This document shows, piece by piece, positions 13,494 to 24,241 of a DNA stretch of 64,000 nt (positions within the stretch are counted from its first letter, which is position 1; each line of letters starts with the position of its first letter). Made by a program: the position numbers and the translations under genes. The DNA comes from Vicugna vicugna (lineage: Eukaryota), in NCBI GenBank assembly GCA_013265495.1, contig MU061579.1:1857319-1921318 (forward strand), read 5' to 3'. The notes below the pieces were generated by a model. It was not told the DNA's origin and made no database searches. It saw nothing but the letters and a program-made list of their open reading frames with translations.

Positions 13494-15690
13494 TGCAATG
13501 GTCAGAAGATACTTAATTGTGCTGCAGTAAACAACACTAATATCTCATTGCTTAAAGTGCCAAAAATTTCTTTCTTTGTTAGGCTTCATGCCCATCTCTG
13601 GGCAGCAGAGGATTCTGACCCAGATTGTCCTTACTCAGAATCCGAGCTAATGGAACCTTTGAAATTTGGAGTTATTGTGGCAGGGAAAGAAAAAAAGAAA
13701 GAAAGAAAGAAACAACAGAAAACTGTGCACTCAATCTTGAAGACTTCTGCTCACATATCAGAACCAAAGCAAGTCACGTGCTCACGTCTGCATTCAAGGA
13801 GGTGGAAGTACAATATAGTCTCTTCCCAGAATGACAAAGACAGAAATATTTATGAAAACTGTAAATATGACTGCAATCTATTCTGGTCACCCAATATTCT
13901 GTTCACTCTCCTTCCTGAATCCAGGGTTTACTCACCTCAGCCATAAATCCCATTCAATCATGGCATCAAACTAAAAGTGCCAGTTTTCTCAGTGAAAAGA
14001 TTTTTTTCTTAGAATGATGGATGAGAGATTTTAGATAAACCATGGCTGTGGCTATTCTTGTTTTGGAGATCTCTGAATTCAGAAAGACATGTTATTTCCT
14101 CCCACAAAGACACCTCCATAAATATTAGAAGAACAGGGTCTGGAGAGTCAGAGAAAAGGCTCCTTTTTGGAAAACAAAAGGATGCAACCCAAATCAGAAA
14201 CCAATTATTCTTTTCCACTATCTTCCTTGGCCAAAACTGAAATGGACATCAGGGAATATACTTTCCTTGGATGCAGCAAATAGTTCTCAGATTACTGCCT
14301 GTCCATAGACGGCTGGGGCGAAGAGTCATTTCAAGTCTCAAAACAGCAACAACTCCTATGGTCCAAGCTGGGTTTTTTGTTGGTGGTGTTGTTGTTTGAC
14401 AGTACATTCTTTTTGAAAACCTAATTAGTTCTTATCAATTTGATTCCAGTGAGCTTTATCTTTATATATCAGTGTTCACAAGTGGATTTCCTTTCTACAC
14501 TTACATTGCATACATACTGTATTTCTTTCTCTCTGTTCCTCTCCCTCTGTTGCTTTCTCTCAATATCTTGATTTATCAAATACCTGGAGGTTACCAAGCT
14601 GGCAATGTTAGGCAGTCATTCAGACATGAGCGGTGAGGCTCAGGACAGTATCAGGGGAGGACCACAGCGAGGTTGGCAAGTGCACACTCTTTTTCTTAGT
14701 CTCTGTTTCCTGAGCCATTTTGCCCACTTGAAGATATTTATTGAATGCCGTCACCTTAATTTGGATTTTCTTTCTGGTGGACCTTAAGCCAGGTGGTTTT
14801 AAGTATGACTGTCACACACATTTCCTTAATTTGATTTTTGCTCAGAGGCAAATTAATTGGTTGAAAATTGTCCATATATATTTTTTTTTTTATTTGCCAA
14901 ACTGAGTTTAAATCCACATTTCATTTATTCTTCTAAAGTTTCCTCAGTTTTTTCCTCTACTGTTTGGGTCTAAAAATAGTTGTCTTTTTAATAATACAAA
15001 GCTTCAAATTTCTGGAAATGGTTTTTTCCCTTTTATTCTTTCTTGAAAACTGGCCGATTTATTTCCAGATCCTACTTTTCCTGTAATGCCTTGCTGAATA
15101 TACTGAATACATGCCACTTCCTCCTGTTTTTCAACCTTTTCCATTAACACTTCACATCCACTACTCGCATGGTCTACTTTCTAAATTGTCACCAACAATA
15201 TTTTCATCAAAAGCTTTGTGATTGTATAACATAGTAGTACTTTTTTTTTTTTTAGCTTTAAATAATAGTTTTCTCTTTGCTGACCACATGGGCAGTGAGA
15301 CATTATCTTATATTTTAGGTTTTTGTTATGTTATCACCCAAATTCTAGAAATCACTTTCTGTATTAAGCAGGATAAGAGAGATTATGCTTTGGAAAGAGC
15401 AAACCCCAAATCTCAGGGCTTAAAAATAAAGACTTATTTCCTACATTATTTTTATCTCAAGTCAGCAAGGGTATGTACTCAACATTATGATCACTGGGAG
15501 ACCTAGCTGATAACCAGCTGCCTCCTGGACTGTCCCCTGTTGCATGGAAGAGGTATGGAAATACGGAGAATCTTGAGCTGGCTCATAAGGCTTACTCAAA
15601 AGTAAGGGACATCAAATTTCACTGGCAATCTTATCACTTGCCTGGTCAGAGAAGAATCTTAATGTAGGTGAACTGCCCTATTGGCTAGCA
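13494..15690 (-). mobile_element. MaLR (MLT1K/L-like) provirus with two LTRs (~13494-13880 and ~15360-15690) and internal region
   Basis: Two homologous LTR starts: 'tgcaatggtcagaagatacttaattgtgctgcagtaaacaacactaatatctcattgcttaa' and 'tgtattaagcaggataagagagattatgctttggaaagagcaaaccccaaatctcagggcttaa'. The internal/LTR junction 'cccaaattctagaaatcactttc|tgtatt' resembles the MaLR-int end. Confidence 0.7.
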
Positions 15691-16354
15691 TAGGCAATGC
15701 CTAGGGAGGTTAAGTGGAATTAAAATACAAACTTTTACTTTTATTTTTAAAGGATAACTGATAAAACATGTTTATTTGCTGAGGAAGAAATTATGAACAC
15801 TGGAAAGAACAGCAATTATTGTTGGAGCACTGTTGCTGCAGATGTTAAGAAGACAGGGTCTGTGTAGAGGTGAAGTCATTATTCCTAAAAAGGAAATGAC
15901 CATTTTTCTGCCCTTTGAAAATCAGAGAAAGAAAATCACATGAATGCAGACAAAAGGTAAATTTGAAGGTGAGGAAAAATCATACCTGAGAACCTCAAGG
16001 AAGATAAAAGTCAATGCAAAGAAACCAAAGTGCGTAGAGTCTATCCCAAATGCCTTCTGCAGTCTAGGGTGATCTAAAGATACACAACAGGAGAACATTT
16101 TACCTGAAGTAGTTTCTATTTTGTAGTATAAGCAGGTATTTTATCTCAGAGCTAAAACTCAGAAGATGAAAATACACACAGTATTGGACTTCTTGGCCTA
16201 AGCAGACACGTAACCAGCAGAGGACCTGTTTACAAAGAGCCTCTCACTTCCCTGCTAGGCTCCCCAGGAGAGATATGCCTACAATAATTCTCCTTCATAT
16301 ATTAAAGAGTGAGGAAAAGAGAAGAAGATGGCAAATAAAAGAGAGAAGAATTTA

Positions 16355-18278
16355 CTTGACCAAATGGAACCCATGGACTCGCCCACTCCCCAACCCTGAC
16401 AACTTAAAATAGTTAATACAGCCCAATGTAAATTAAAACAGAGGCTTTAAGAATCGAAACACATTATACAAGACCTGTTTAGAGAATGGACTATTATGCC
16501 CGCTGCTTCCACATTTAACAGCCCAGTTTAAGTTGTTCTTAAACTTGGAAAGCATGAGCCATGCTGAATTACTGCTACCTTAGTGCTATGCCCCAACCAT
16601 TAAGACCTCATACCCCAATATTATGGAAATCACTGACTCCATCCAATCAGCAACTGATAAATATTTTACTACTATAGACTTGGCTAATATAATTTGTTCA
16701 ATGTCTTTTTCAACAGCCTCTCAATTGCAGTTTGCTTTCACCTCTGAAGGAACATAGTACACTTTTACCAAGCTGCCCACAAAATAATAGCTGGGCATCA
16801 CACACAATCTTCGCAGGCAAAACCTCAACCATGTCTTATGTTCTCCAGGAGAACAGGTATGACATCAACTTAGTAATATTCTCCTTCAATGAGATTCACT
16901 TGACAAATTCATACAGAACATACAAATATTCACAAAGGAATCACAAAAGGGGAGTTGCCCACCCATAGTGCAAGGCTGTGCCAGCTGTTACCTTTCTGAA
17001 AATTATTTGGTAAACTAAGGGCCACTCCATCCCTGAAACTGTAGAAACAGCAATTGATCCTCTCAGCTCCCACAACTTAAGTTCCAGATGTAATATATTC
17101 CTCATTTACATATTTTACTTGAGCCCATTCTTGGTGTATTTGCAAATTGGCTTATTTTGAATGGTACCCTTTCTAATAAAACATTCTCGAGTCTGTCCAA
17201 ATTATAATACAACAAGCATTCCCATTGGTGTTCCCCAGAGATTTCTTCCCTGTAGAGGTTTTAGCAACCTCCTTTCATATTTTCTGAAGCTTCTGGACCA
17301 TCTGTGATGCCCATAAGTGGTTCTTAAGTTTCTGACACATGAAACTGCTCTCCTCAGCCCCTCATTACATTCCATTAGAGTGAAAACTGCTGGTTGCATA
17401 CTGGGCTCTCTCAGAAATAGAGGTTCTCACAGGTCCTAGGCCTGTGACCCTCCAAACCCAGGTGCTCATCATGCTCTGGGTCATCGAAGCAGCACCGTCT
17501 AAGCACCACCTTGGCACAGAAACCCCAGGATGTCTACAGGACAGAGTAAACCTAGACCTTCTAATGCATCCCATGGGCAGGAAGTCTTGCCTCAGTCACT
17601 TGTTAGATGTCACAGTACTGAAGGAGATCATTCCTCTCCCAGACCGCTTGGCTTCTGAGAGCCTTCTGGGATTAACAGAGTAGATAACAATGAAAATCCT
17701 TATTTTACATAATTGCCACAATCACCCGGGTTGGAGCTCAGTGGAATGTGGCTTCTTTCCATCCCTGATCTAAGAACCCCGATGAAGGACAGGAATCAAA
17801 CTCAGCACAACTGACTGCACTTCGGGCAGCCATCTTAGTACTGGCAGCCCTGGTCCACAATCTTCCCACCTGCACATTTTTACAAACCCTTGAGCAAGTG
17901 TAATTAGCCAGCCAATAACAGCAATGGCAGTTACTTATCTAAGATTGTCTCTTTGGGATAAGGAACTCTAGGAATCTCTGACCTCACCAGTACCCAAAAT
18001 ATAAAATCAAGGTTATACACATCTCTGTATCTACAAAAGCCATAATGGAAGGCCTTGCCATGACGCTCTTGATCCACTCCAAGTCTGAGATACCACTGAC
18101 AGTGACCAAGGCAACCACTTCTCTTCTCAGAATGTGAATACACAATGCTGGGCTTGTGCACCAGGTATTTGATGGAACATTTGCCTCTCTCACCAGCTTC
18201 AGCTGCTGCCCTCATAAGTCACCATAATAATTTACTTAAACAGCTACAAATTCAATTAAATGAAAAATGATCAATTTC
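16355..18278 (+). mobile_element. ERVL-class endogenous retrovirus pol remnant (RT, RNase H, integrase), disabled
   Basis: My translations: KWNPWTRPLP, KIVNTAQCKL and AASTFNSPV. From 16623: MEITDSIQSATDKYFTTIDLANIICSMSFSTASQLQFAFTSEGT*YTFTKLP (compare ERVL IDLANAFFSIP...QFAF.W.GQQYTFTVLP). Near 17800: NSAQLTALRAA (RNase H). At 18101: SDQGNHFSSQNV...WACAPGI*W...NNLLKQL (integrase). Confidence 0.9.
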
Positions 18279-18755
18279 AGTCACTAAACATCAGAAGTGT
18301 TCCTGACTCCATTTTTTGTTGGAGCTTTTAAGCCTCCATTAAAAAGCTGTTGATGACAGCTTTTAAGCCTTACCCTGAACTTTTCCCCTCCACTCCACAT
18401 CCGGTAAGAAAGGAACTGATAAGAAAGATGGTAAGAAAATGCTGACATCCCCACCTTTGGACCTTATGTAAGATTCAAGCCACACCAGTCCTTCTTTGTG
18501 TGGGAACCCTCATCCTGACCCTACATTCTGACCATGATAAAAACCCCAAGCCATTCTTCTTTTCCTAAGATCTCAAGGTATGTTTAAACCAAGTTTGGAG
18601 GTGACCTGCTGTTTCAAGAAAATTTCATCATGTGACTAAGAATCTTTTCATCCCCTCTTAGGGTGTGTGTGTGTGTGTGTGTGTGTGATATCAAGAATCC
18701 CAAAATCGGAACCAAATTTTGGGTGGGGCTTCATCCCACTTCTGTGCTCACAACA
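18279..18755 (+). mobile_element. ERVL LTR (MER54/MER73/MER74-like), probable 3' LTR of the pol remnant
   Basis: Starts 'agtcactaaacatcagaagtgttcctgactccattttttg' and ends 'ttttgggtggggcttcatcccacttctgtgctcacaaca'. It lies directly downstream of the integrase remnant. Confidence 0.7.
18663..18686. repeat. (GT)12 microsatellite within the LTR
   Basis: Read directly. Confidence 0.95.
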
Positions 18756-18833
18756 GATAGATAGGTAGGCAGACAGGTAGTTAGAGAAGAGACAGAGACT
18801 AAAGTTGAAGCTAACCCACACCACTCTAAAGAT

Positions 18834-19299
18834 GGTGAATGAAAAATTAATCAATTGATCTAAGAAAGAAATGCAAAATTTTATTCAAGTCGAATTTGAG
18901 GTTTATAACCCAGGAAAAGCATCTCAGAAAGCTCTGAGAACTATCCCACCAGTCAGAAATCAAGGCACAGTTTTAAAAGTTATTTGAGACAAGAGGGTCC
19001 TACATCAAATGACGTATTATTGACAGTTTACATAATTCAGGTCTAAGCATCATCCTGGTAGGTCATGTGATCCCTTACAAGATCAAGAAGGAAGGTTATC
19101 TTTTAAGGAGTTGTGTTGATGCCAGGAGAATGTTGCTCTTTATGGTTGGGCAGGTATTCCTGCCAATGAGGAGGTTTGGTGGATGAATAATGCAGATACA
19201 CAATGCGCAGTGAGGGGAGAGGAGGCCGAAGGGCAGAGAAGAATTTTTTTATGTTTATATTTTTCTTGGTTTGCTATAAAATACAACTTTTATTTCACA
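18834..19299 (-). mobile_element. ERV1-like solo LTR
   Basis: Perfect 4-bp TSD agat (18830-18833 / 19300-19303). Right end ...tttcaca reads TGTGAAA on the minus strand. Minus-strand AATAAA ('ttttatt') near 18880. The left terminal dinucleotide is mutated (gg instead of tg). Confidence 0.82.
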
Positions 19300-19381
19300 A
19301 GATAATGAGGAAATCCCATCCTGAACTTCATAGCTTGTGTTTTAGAATTGAAATACAATGTATTATTGACTTACTTTAGAT

Positions 19382-19496
19382 CAGCACTTCTCCATTCTAT
19401 TGTGCATAAGAATCACCCAGAAATCTTGTTAAAATGTAGATTTAGATTCAGGAAAGGTAGAGTGAGCCCTAAGATTCCGTGTTTCTAACAAGCTTT
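19382..19496. mobile_element. MER5A-like hAT-Charlie DNA transposon fragment
   Basis: 'cagcacttctcc...gcataagaatcacccagaaatcttgttaaaatgtagatt...ccctaagattccgtgtttctaacaagct' resembles the MER5A consensus. Confidence 0.8.
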
Positions 19497-22279
19497 TATT
19501 AGGTTTCTAGTCCTTGATTAAGGCGTATGGTAGGTATTCTGAGTTACAGTTCTATCAACATCATAGACACAGACAGAGAGGTAGCTTTCCCCATAAAGTT
19601 GGGAATTGTAGACAAAGTTAAAAAAAAAAGAGAGAGAGAGACAGGATACAAGAATGGATGCTGTGCACAAAATGACTAATACTTCTTGTATTTGGAGAGT
19701 GAGTTTTTTCAGCTGAGCAGTGCTTTAGTGAACCGATTTATTTCCCCCCGAATCTCCATTTTCCTCACTTGATAGCAGTTACCCTTTCAATACTCAAAGC
19801 TCATGCTTACTACTACCAGTGTTGAGAAAAACTAGACCAGAGTATCTAGATGGTCCAGTGTAACAGAGCTTGTCTGTCACGTCACACAGCCGAGCCAAGA
19901 AATAACACCTGAAAGCTGGGAGCGCACGTGTGTGGGTGATTGTTTTGGTGTTTGTCAGTTTCAGTTTACCTTTCTTGGTGATCTTTCCTTAAAAATTTCA
20001 ACTTCTATCTGCCTCAGCCTATACTTCTTGTCAAACTTTCAATATCCCAAAGTCAGTTAGTATCTCTGAGAAAATGATCACAGACACAGGTACACGGTAG
20101 CATGCATATATGAGATCTATTTTTATTTGCAACTGTATAAGCAACATCAATACAAACCATCTGATTTTGCTGACAGTCACAGAAGTTTCTCTTCTGCCGC
20201 TAACTTACTAAAACAGGTGGATTTTTTTTTATTAACGTTTTGTTGTTCCACTCATCACATTTTTCCTCTGCTGTTGCCATTGTTGGTACTTTCACCATTG
20301 GTTGTTCGAGTTCCCCATTTTGATCCACACTGAACAACTGTCTACTTCTAGATCAGGCTTTTGCTCTCTGCTGTGTCCAGATTGGTAGGGTAGCATTTTT
20401 AATGAAGTTGCTTCCTGTTTACTTTTACTTTATGCCAAATGATGAGGCTTCATTATAGCAATTCCCTCGCCTGCCTTAAATCCTGTCATCCTGCACAGCC
20501 TGTGTGCTTGCTGGACCACAAGACTTTCCCCAATTGTCACAAACTTGAAATTACATGGTTTGTTTATTCAAGTTGCTGGGTCTTTGTTCATCTTTGAGCT
20601 GGTTTCTGGCTATTGGCATTATTCATTCTGTTGGAGCTCTTCATCTATACATGCTTTTAAGTGCAAGTTTCCAGAAGGGTTCTCAACAGACTGATACTAG
20701 AAAGGCACTACTTTGATTTACTTCATAGGCCTTCACTTTCTGATTTGCACATTTTCTTCTCTCTACTGCATGAAGTTCATGGTTAATAAGTCATCCTTAC
20801 TTGATGACATAACTGTATGTGGAGACACAGGGCGGCTTGTTGTCTTTCAGACCTGGCTAAGTGCCTATAACTGTCACTTCAAAATTACAGACAAACTCAA
20901 AGTATTTGTTTTTCCTTGTGTATCTATTAAGAAGGAAACTGGTGATTCTCATTGTTTTATTCAGGACAGATTTCTCTGTTGTAATAGTAAAATAAAGAGG
21001 ATGGTATCTCTTTGTTAATTCCATCTAAAACTGACAGTAAGCATCTGCCTATAGATGTTTCCTTGATATTATTCATTTAAATATTTCCTGGCCATTAAAA
21101 CTCATGCTGTAGAATAGAAAGAATCTAGTCTTGGATTTTGTCTTGTTTCTTTCATACATTTTTATTTCTAACACTTAATTTTCCTCTGTTCCATTTTAAA
21201 ATCCTATTAAGTGTTAAACTCAACAATGGCCACTATTAGTGAAGCCAATGAATTGGGAATACTGAGATGTAGACTGAGAAGAGAAACTGGTTACATAATC
21301 TCACCTCTGCATGCTGACGCTATGCCTGGTCATAGAGCATTGCTTGTTATTAGTCTTCAGAGGATGGGATATTACAAGAATCTCTGTGAGGGAAAAACAT
21401 CCTTTAGAGCATGCATTTGTGCTAGCCCTCCTCTGTAATCAAAGGAGAAGAAATCTCTACATTTTCAAGTTAGAAAGAAAATCCACATAACAACTTGAAT
21501 TTTCTTAATGTACCCATATGTAAAAATATAGTGAATCTGTCTCATGGCTAGGACTCCAAAAATGAGGTCTCGTATCTAATAAAACTTGGTAGAAGTTACG
21601 GTAATCCATCACTTACTCTTCCTCTATTCTGGATTCTAACTCTTGGAAGATTCAAATACACAGCCAACTAATAATCAAAACATCAGTCTAATTAGTAACA
21701 TTAGTAGGTAAAATAATAGTTCATCTAAACAGTCAATATGGAGAGCTTTCTGAAAAATTCTGGATGAAACAGTACTGCTTAGCCTCCTTTCACTACACTA
21801 AATACATCCAAGAATCTAAGAGTCAACCTCATTTCACCCATCCATGTGAAGCAGAAAAAATCCTACCTAGTAGCCTTTTACAGGAAAACAGGAACTGTTA
21901 GAATTCACGGTCCCTGGGCTCAGGCAGGTCCAGCTGAAAACAAGAGCTGAGTTAGTAGAGAGCTAAAGTCAATACGTCTTGTCAGTGCATGAATATTGAC
22001 CTTTCACTTATAAACCCAACTGAGTAGAGAAAGGGAGCCAAGAGTATGTCAGTTTTCCAACAATTAGGAGGAAAAATCATTACTTCTCCCTTGGTGTCCT
22101 CACAAAATATAGATGGGTCAAAACACTGGGAGAATTTTCACTCTTCACCAAGGGAGAGACATCAGTGGAGAAACAGATGGGGGTGACCCTCAACAACACC
22201 CTTTTTTTTTCCTTAATTTAAAAGTACAACATAAAAATTTTTTTTCTTTAATTTGTTTTTATTGATGCTGTCTCTCTCA

Positions 22280-22395
22280 GAGTTTCATTTGAAACTACAT
22301 AATGCTCATTGTATGTAAGGCACAATTCTAGGTGGTGCAGATACAGCAGCAAGTGAAACCGAAGAGTACTTGTCTTCTTGGAGCTTCCATCTTAA
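22280..22395 (-). mobile_element. L2 3' fragment
   Basis: 'tatgtaaggcacaattctaggtggtgcagatacagcagcaagtgaaacc...cttggagcttccatct'. Confidence 0.65.
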
Positions 22396-24080
22396 ATCGA
22401 TAACTTATATGCCACTTTTTTTTTTAGTCTTTCAGAATCCCAGGGCTTCAGCTCAGAAAAGTCTAAAGGCCAAGCTATTAGAAGTGATCTAATGCAATCT
22501 TGCCATTTAAAATACAAAGAAACCAAGCCATAAACCACTAGCTGGGTGTTTTCTTCAATTTGTTTTTAATTGTTATTTATTCTGCAAGTCTGACAACCTC
22601 AAAGAGAGTGGTCTTCTATTTTTTATTCTGCAATATCCCTACAACAGTTTGCGGCATCTTAAAATACACTAATTATGTTGATGTAAGACTGATATGAACC
22701 AGCTTTCCAATCCAAATGGAATTATAACTCATGTAATGTCACTGCTGTTGGTTCCTGGACCACACTTTAAGAACTAGCAAGACTTTCAAGTTTAAAAGAA
22801 GGCCTGGATCTTTCACAGGAAGAGGAATATTATGAGATGAAGAGGAAAAGGATGGGTACAGGTGAAATCTGGACTATATAGATTTGGTGATGGGAAGATG
22901 GAGAAATTCCAATTTGTATCTTCTGACTTGTCAGCACAGGTGAGGCAAAACCACTTGGGAGGAGAGAGGAGTGGGAAGGATAGACTTAAGAACAAACTAA
23001 GCTATTTTCTAAGCAGGGTTAGATTCCATGTAGAGTTAATATTCACTAATTTTCAGGACAGCCAATCAGCCTCATCCATTTGATATACTGCATCAGTTTT
23101 CTGCTGCTTCTCTTCAGGAACAGAGAAGGCATTTCTTAGTTTAAACAAGGGTTTGAGTTTTGTCAAGTGTATATGATACAGGAAGAAAGAGAATAGTGAG
23201 GAGATGATGTTGGGACAGGAATGAGTAATAATAATGAACCATGAGATCCAAGCTGCATAAAAAGCAAATGAAGGGAAGTAGTGGGGTAGTAAAAAAAAAA
23301 TGACCTATATAGACTTCTCAAGAAGTCAAAGAATTGTAGGGCTGGAAGTTCAACAGTAATAGAGGAGCAAGAATAAGAGTTTTAGGTAAAGACCATATGT
23401 TTTACTTTGTTCGTACATATATTATTTGGATACAGGGCCAAGAATTCAGATTTAAAAAAAAATGCTTCATTCCCATTAGTCAGTAAGAAAGTGCCTTTAG
23501 ATAAAATGATTGAATACTATGAATTCTGAATCACATCTATGTTGTTATTACAGATAAGTAATAGATGGGTACTAATTACCACTCCTCCAACTAAAAGCGG
23601 CTAATTCAAGATGAACACACTATTGTAGTAAGAGCTAGCGGTTTATAAGTATCTGGTTTGGGGACTCTTGACACTTTCAACATATTATTTTCTAGCACTC
23701 TAGATATTTCACTAATAAACAAATAGCTACTGAGTGCCTAATCTATGCCAGATACCATCCTTGGCACCAGCACTATTACCACATTTTATCTGCATATGAA
23801 AACAGAAACCCAGAGAATTTTCAGTTTTGATTCAAAGTACATATTTTATGTGGTTTTTATTATGCCATTCTGTAGCCATTTAAGGGCTACGGTTGTTTCT
23901 CAGGATAATAATGGGATTTCTACAGCTCATGTAGTTCATGTTTTATGCATTTTATGGCAGTATTCTTTAAAAATATATTATTTGAGCATATCTATGTACA
24001 CCTTATTTTGTTGTCACAGAATGAATGCATTAACATTAAAAAACTCTAAGTGCAGTAATAAAGTGGTCTTCTTTCTTCTT

Positions 24081-24241
24081 TTTTTAATTTTTAAAAATTA
24101 TTTATTTATTTATTTACTTGGGAGGGAGATAATTAAGTTTATCTACTCATTTATTTTTTTGTAATGGAGGTACTGGGGCCTGAACCCAGGATCTCCTGCA
24201 TACTAAGCATGCACTCTACCACTGAGCTATACCCTCCCCCC
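24081..24241 (-). mobile_element. tRNA(Ala)-derived camelid SINE (Vic-1-like)
   Basis: The minus strand reads ggggagggtatagctcagtggtagagtgcatgcttagtatgcaggagatcctgggttcaggccccagtacctcc followed by A-rich/(aaat)n tails. TSD is ggtcttctttcttctt (24065-24080) / ggtcttcttccttctt (24242-24257), 1 mismatch. Confidence 0.92.

Noticed and set aside
13548..13946. 132-aa ORF with a basic KEKKKERKKQ stretch
   Set aside because: Reads through an MLT1 LTR and a (GAAA)n tract.
23745..24164. 139-aa hydrophobic ORF
   Set aside because: Composed of a MIR remnant, AT-rich sequence and the SINE poly-T tail. The hydrophobicity reflects T-richness.
24168..24241. tRNA-Ala gene (also at 59615-59687)
   Set aside because: These are the tRNA-derived heads of SINEs, with A-rich tails and TSDs and a degenerate cloverleaf.
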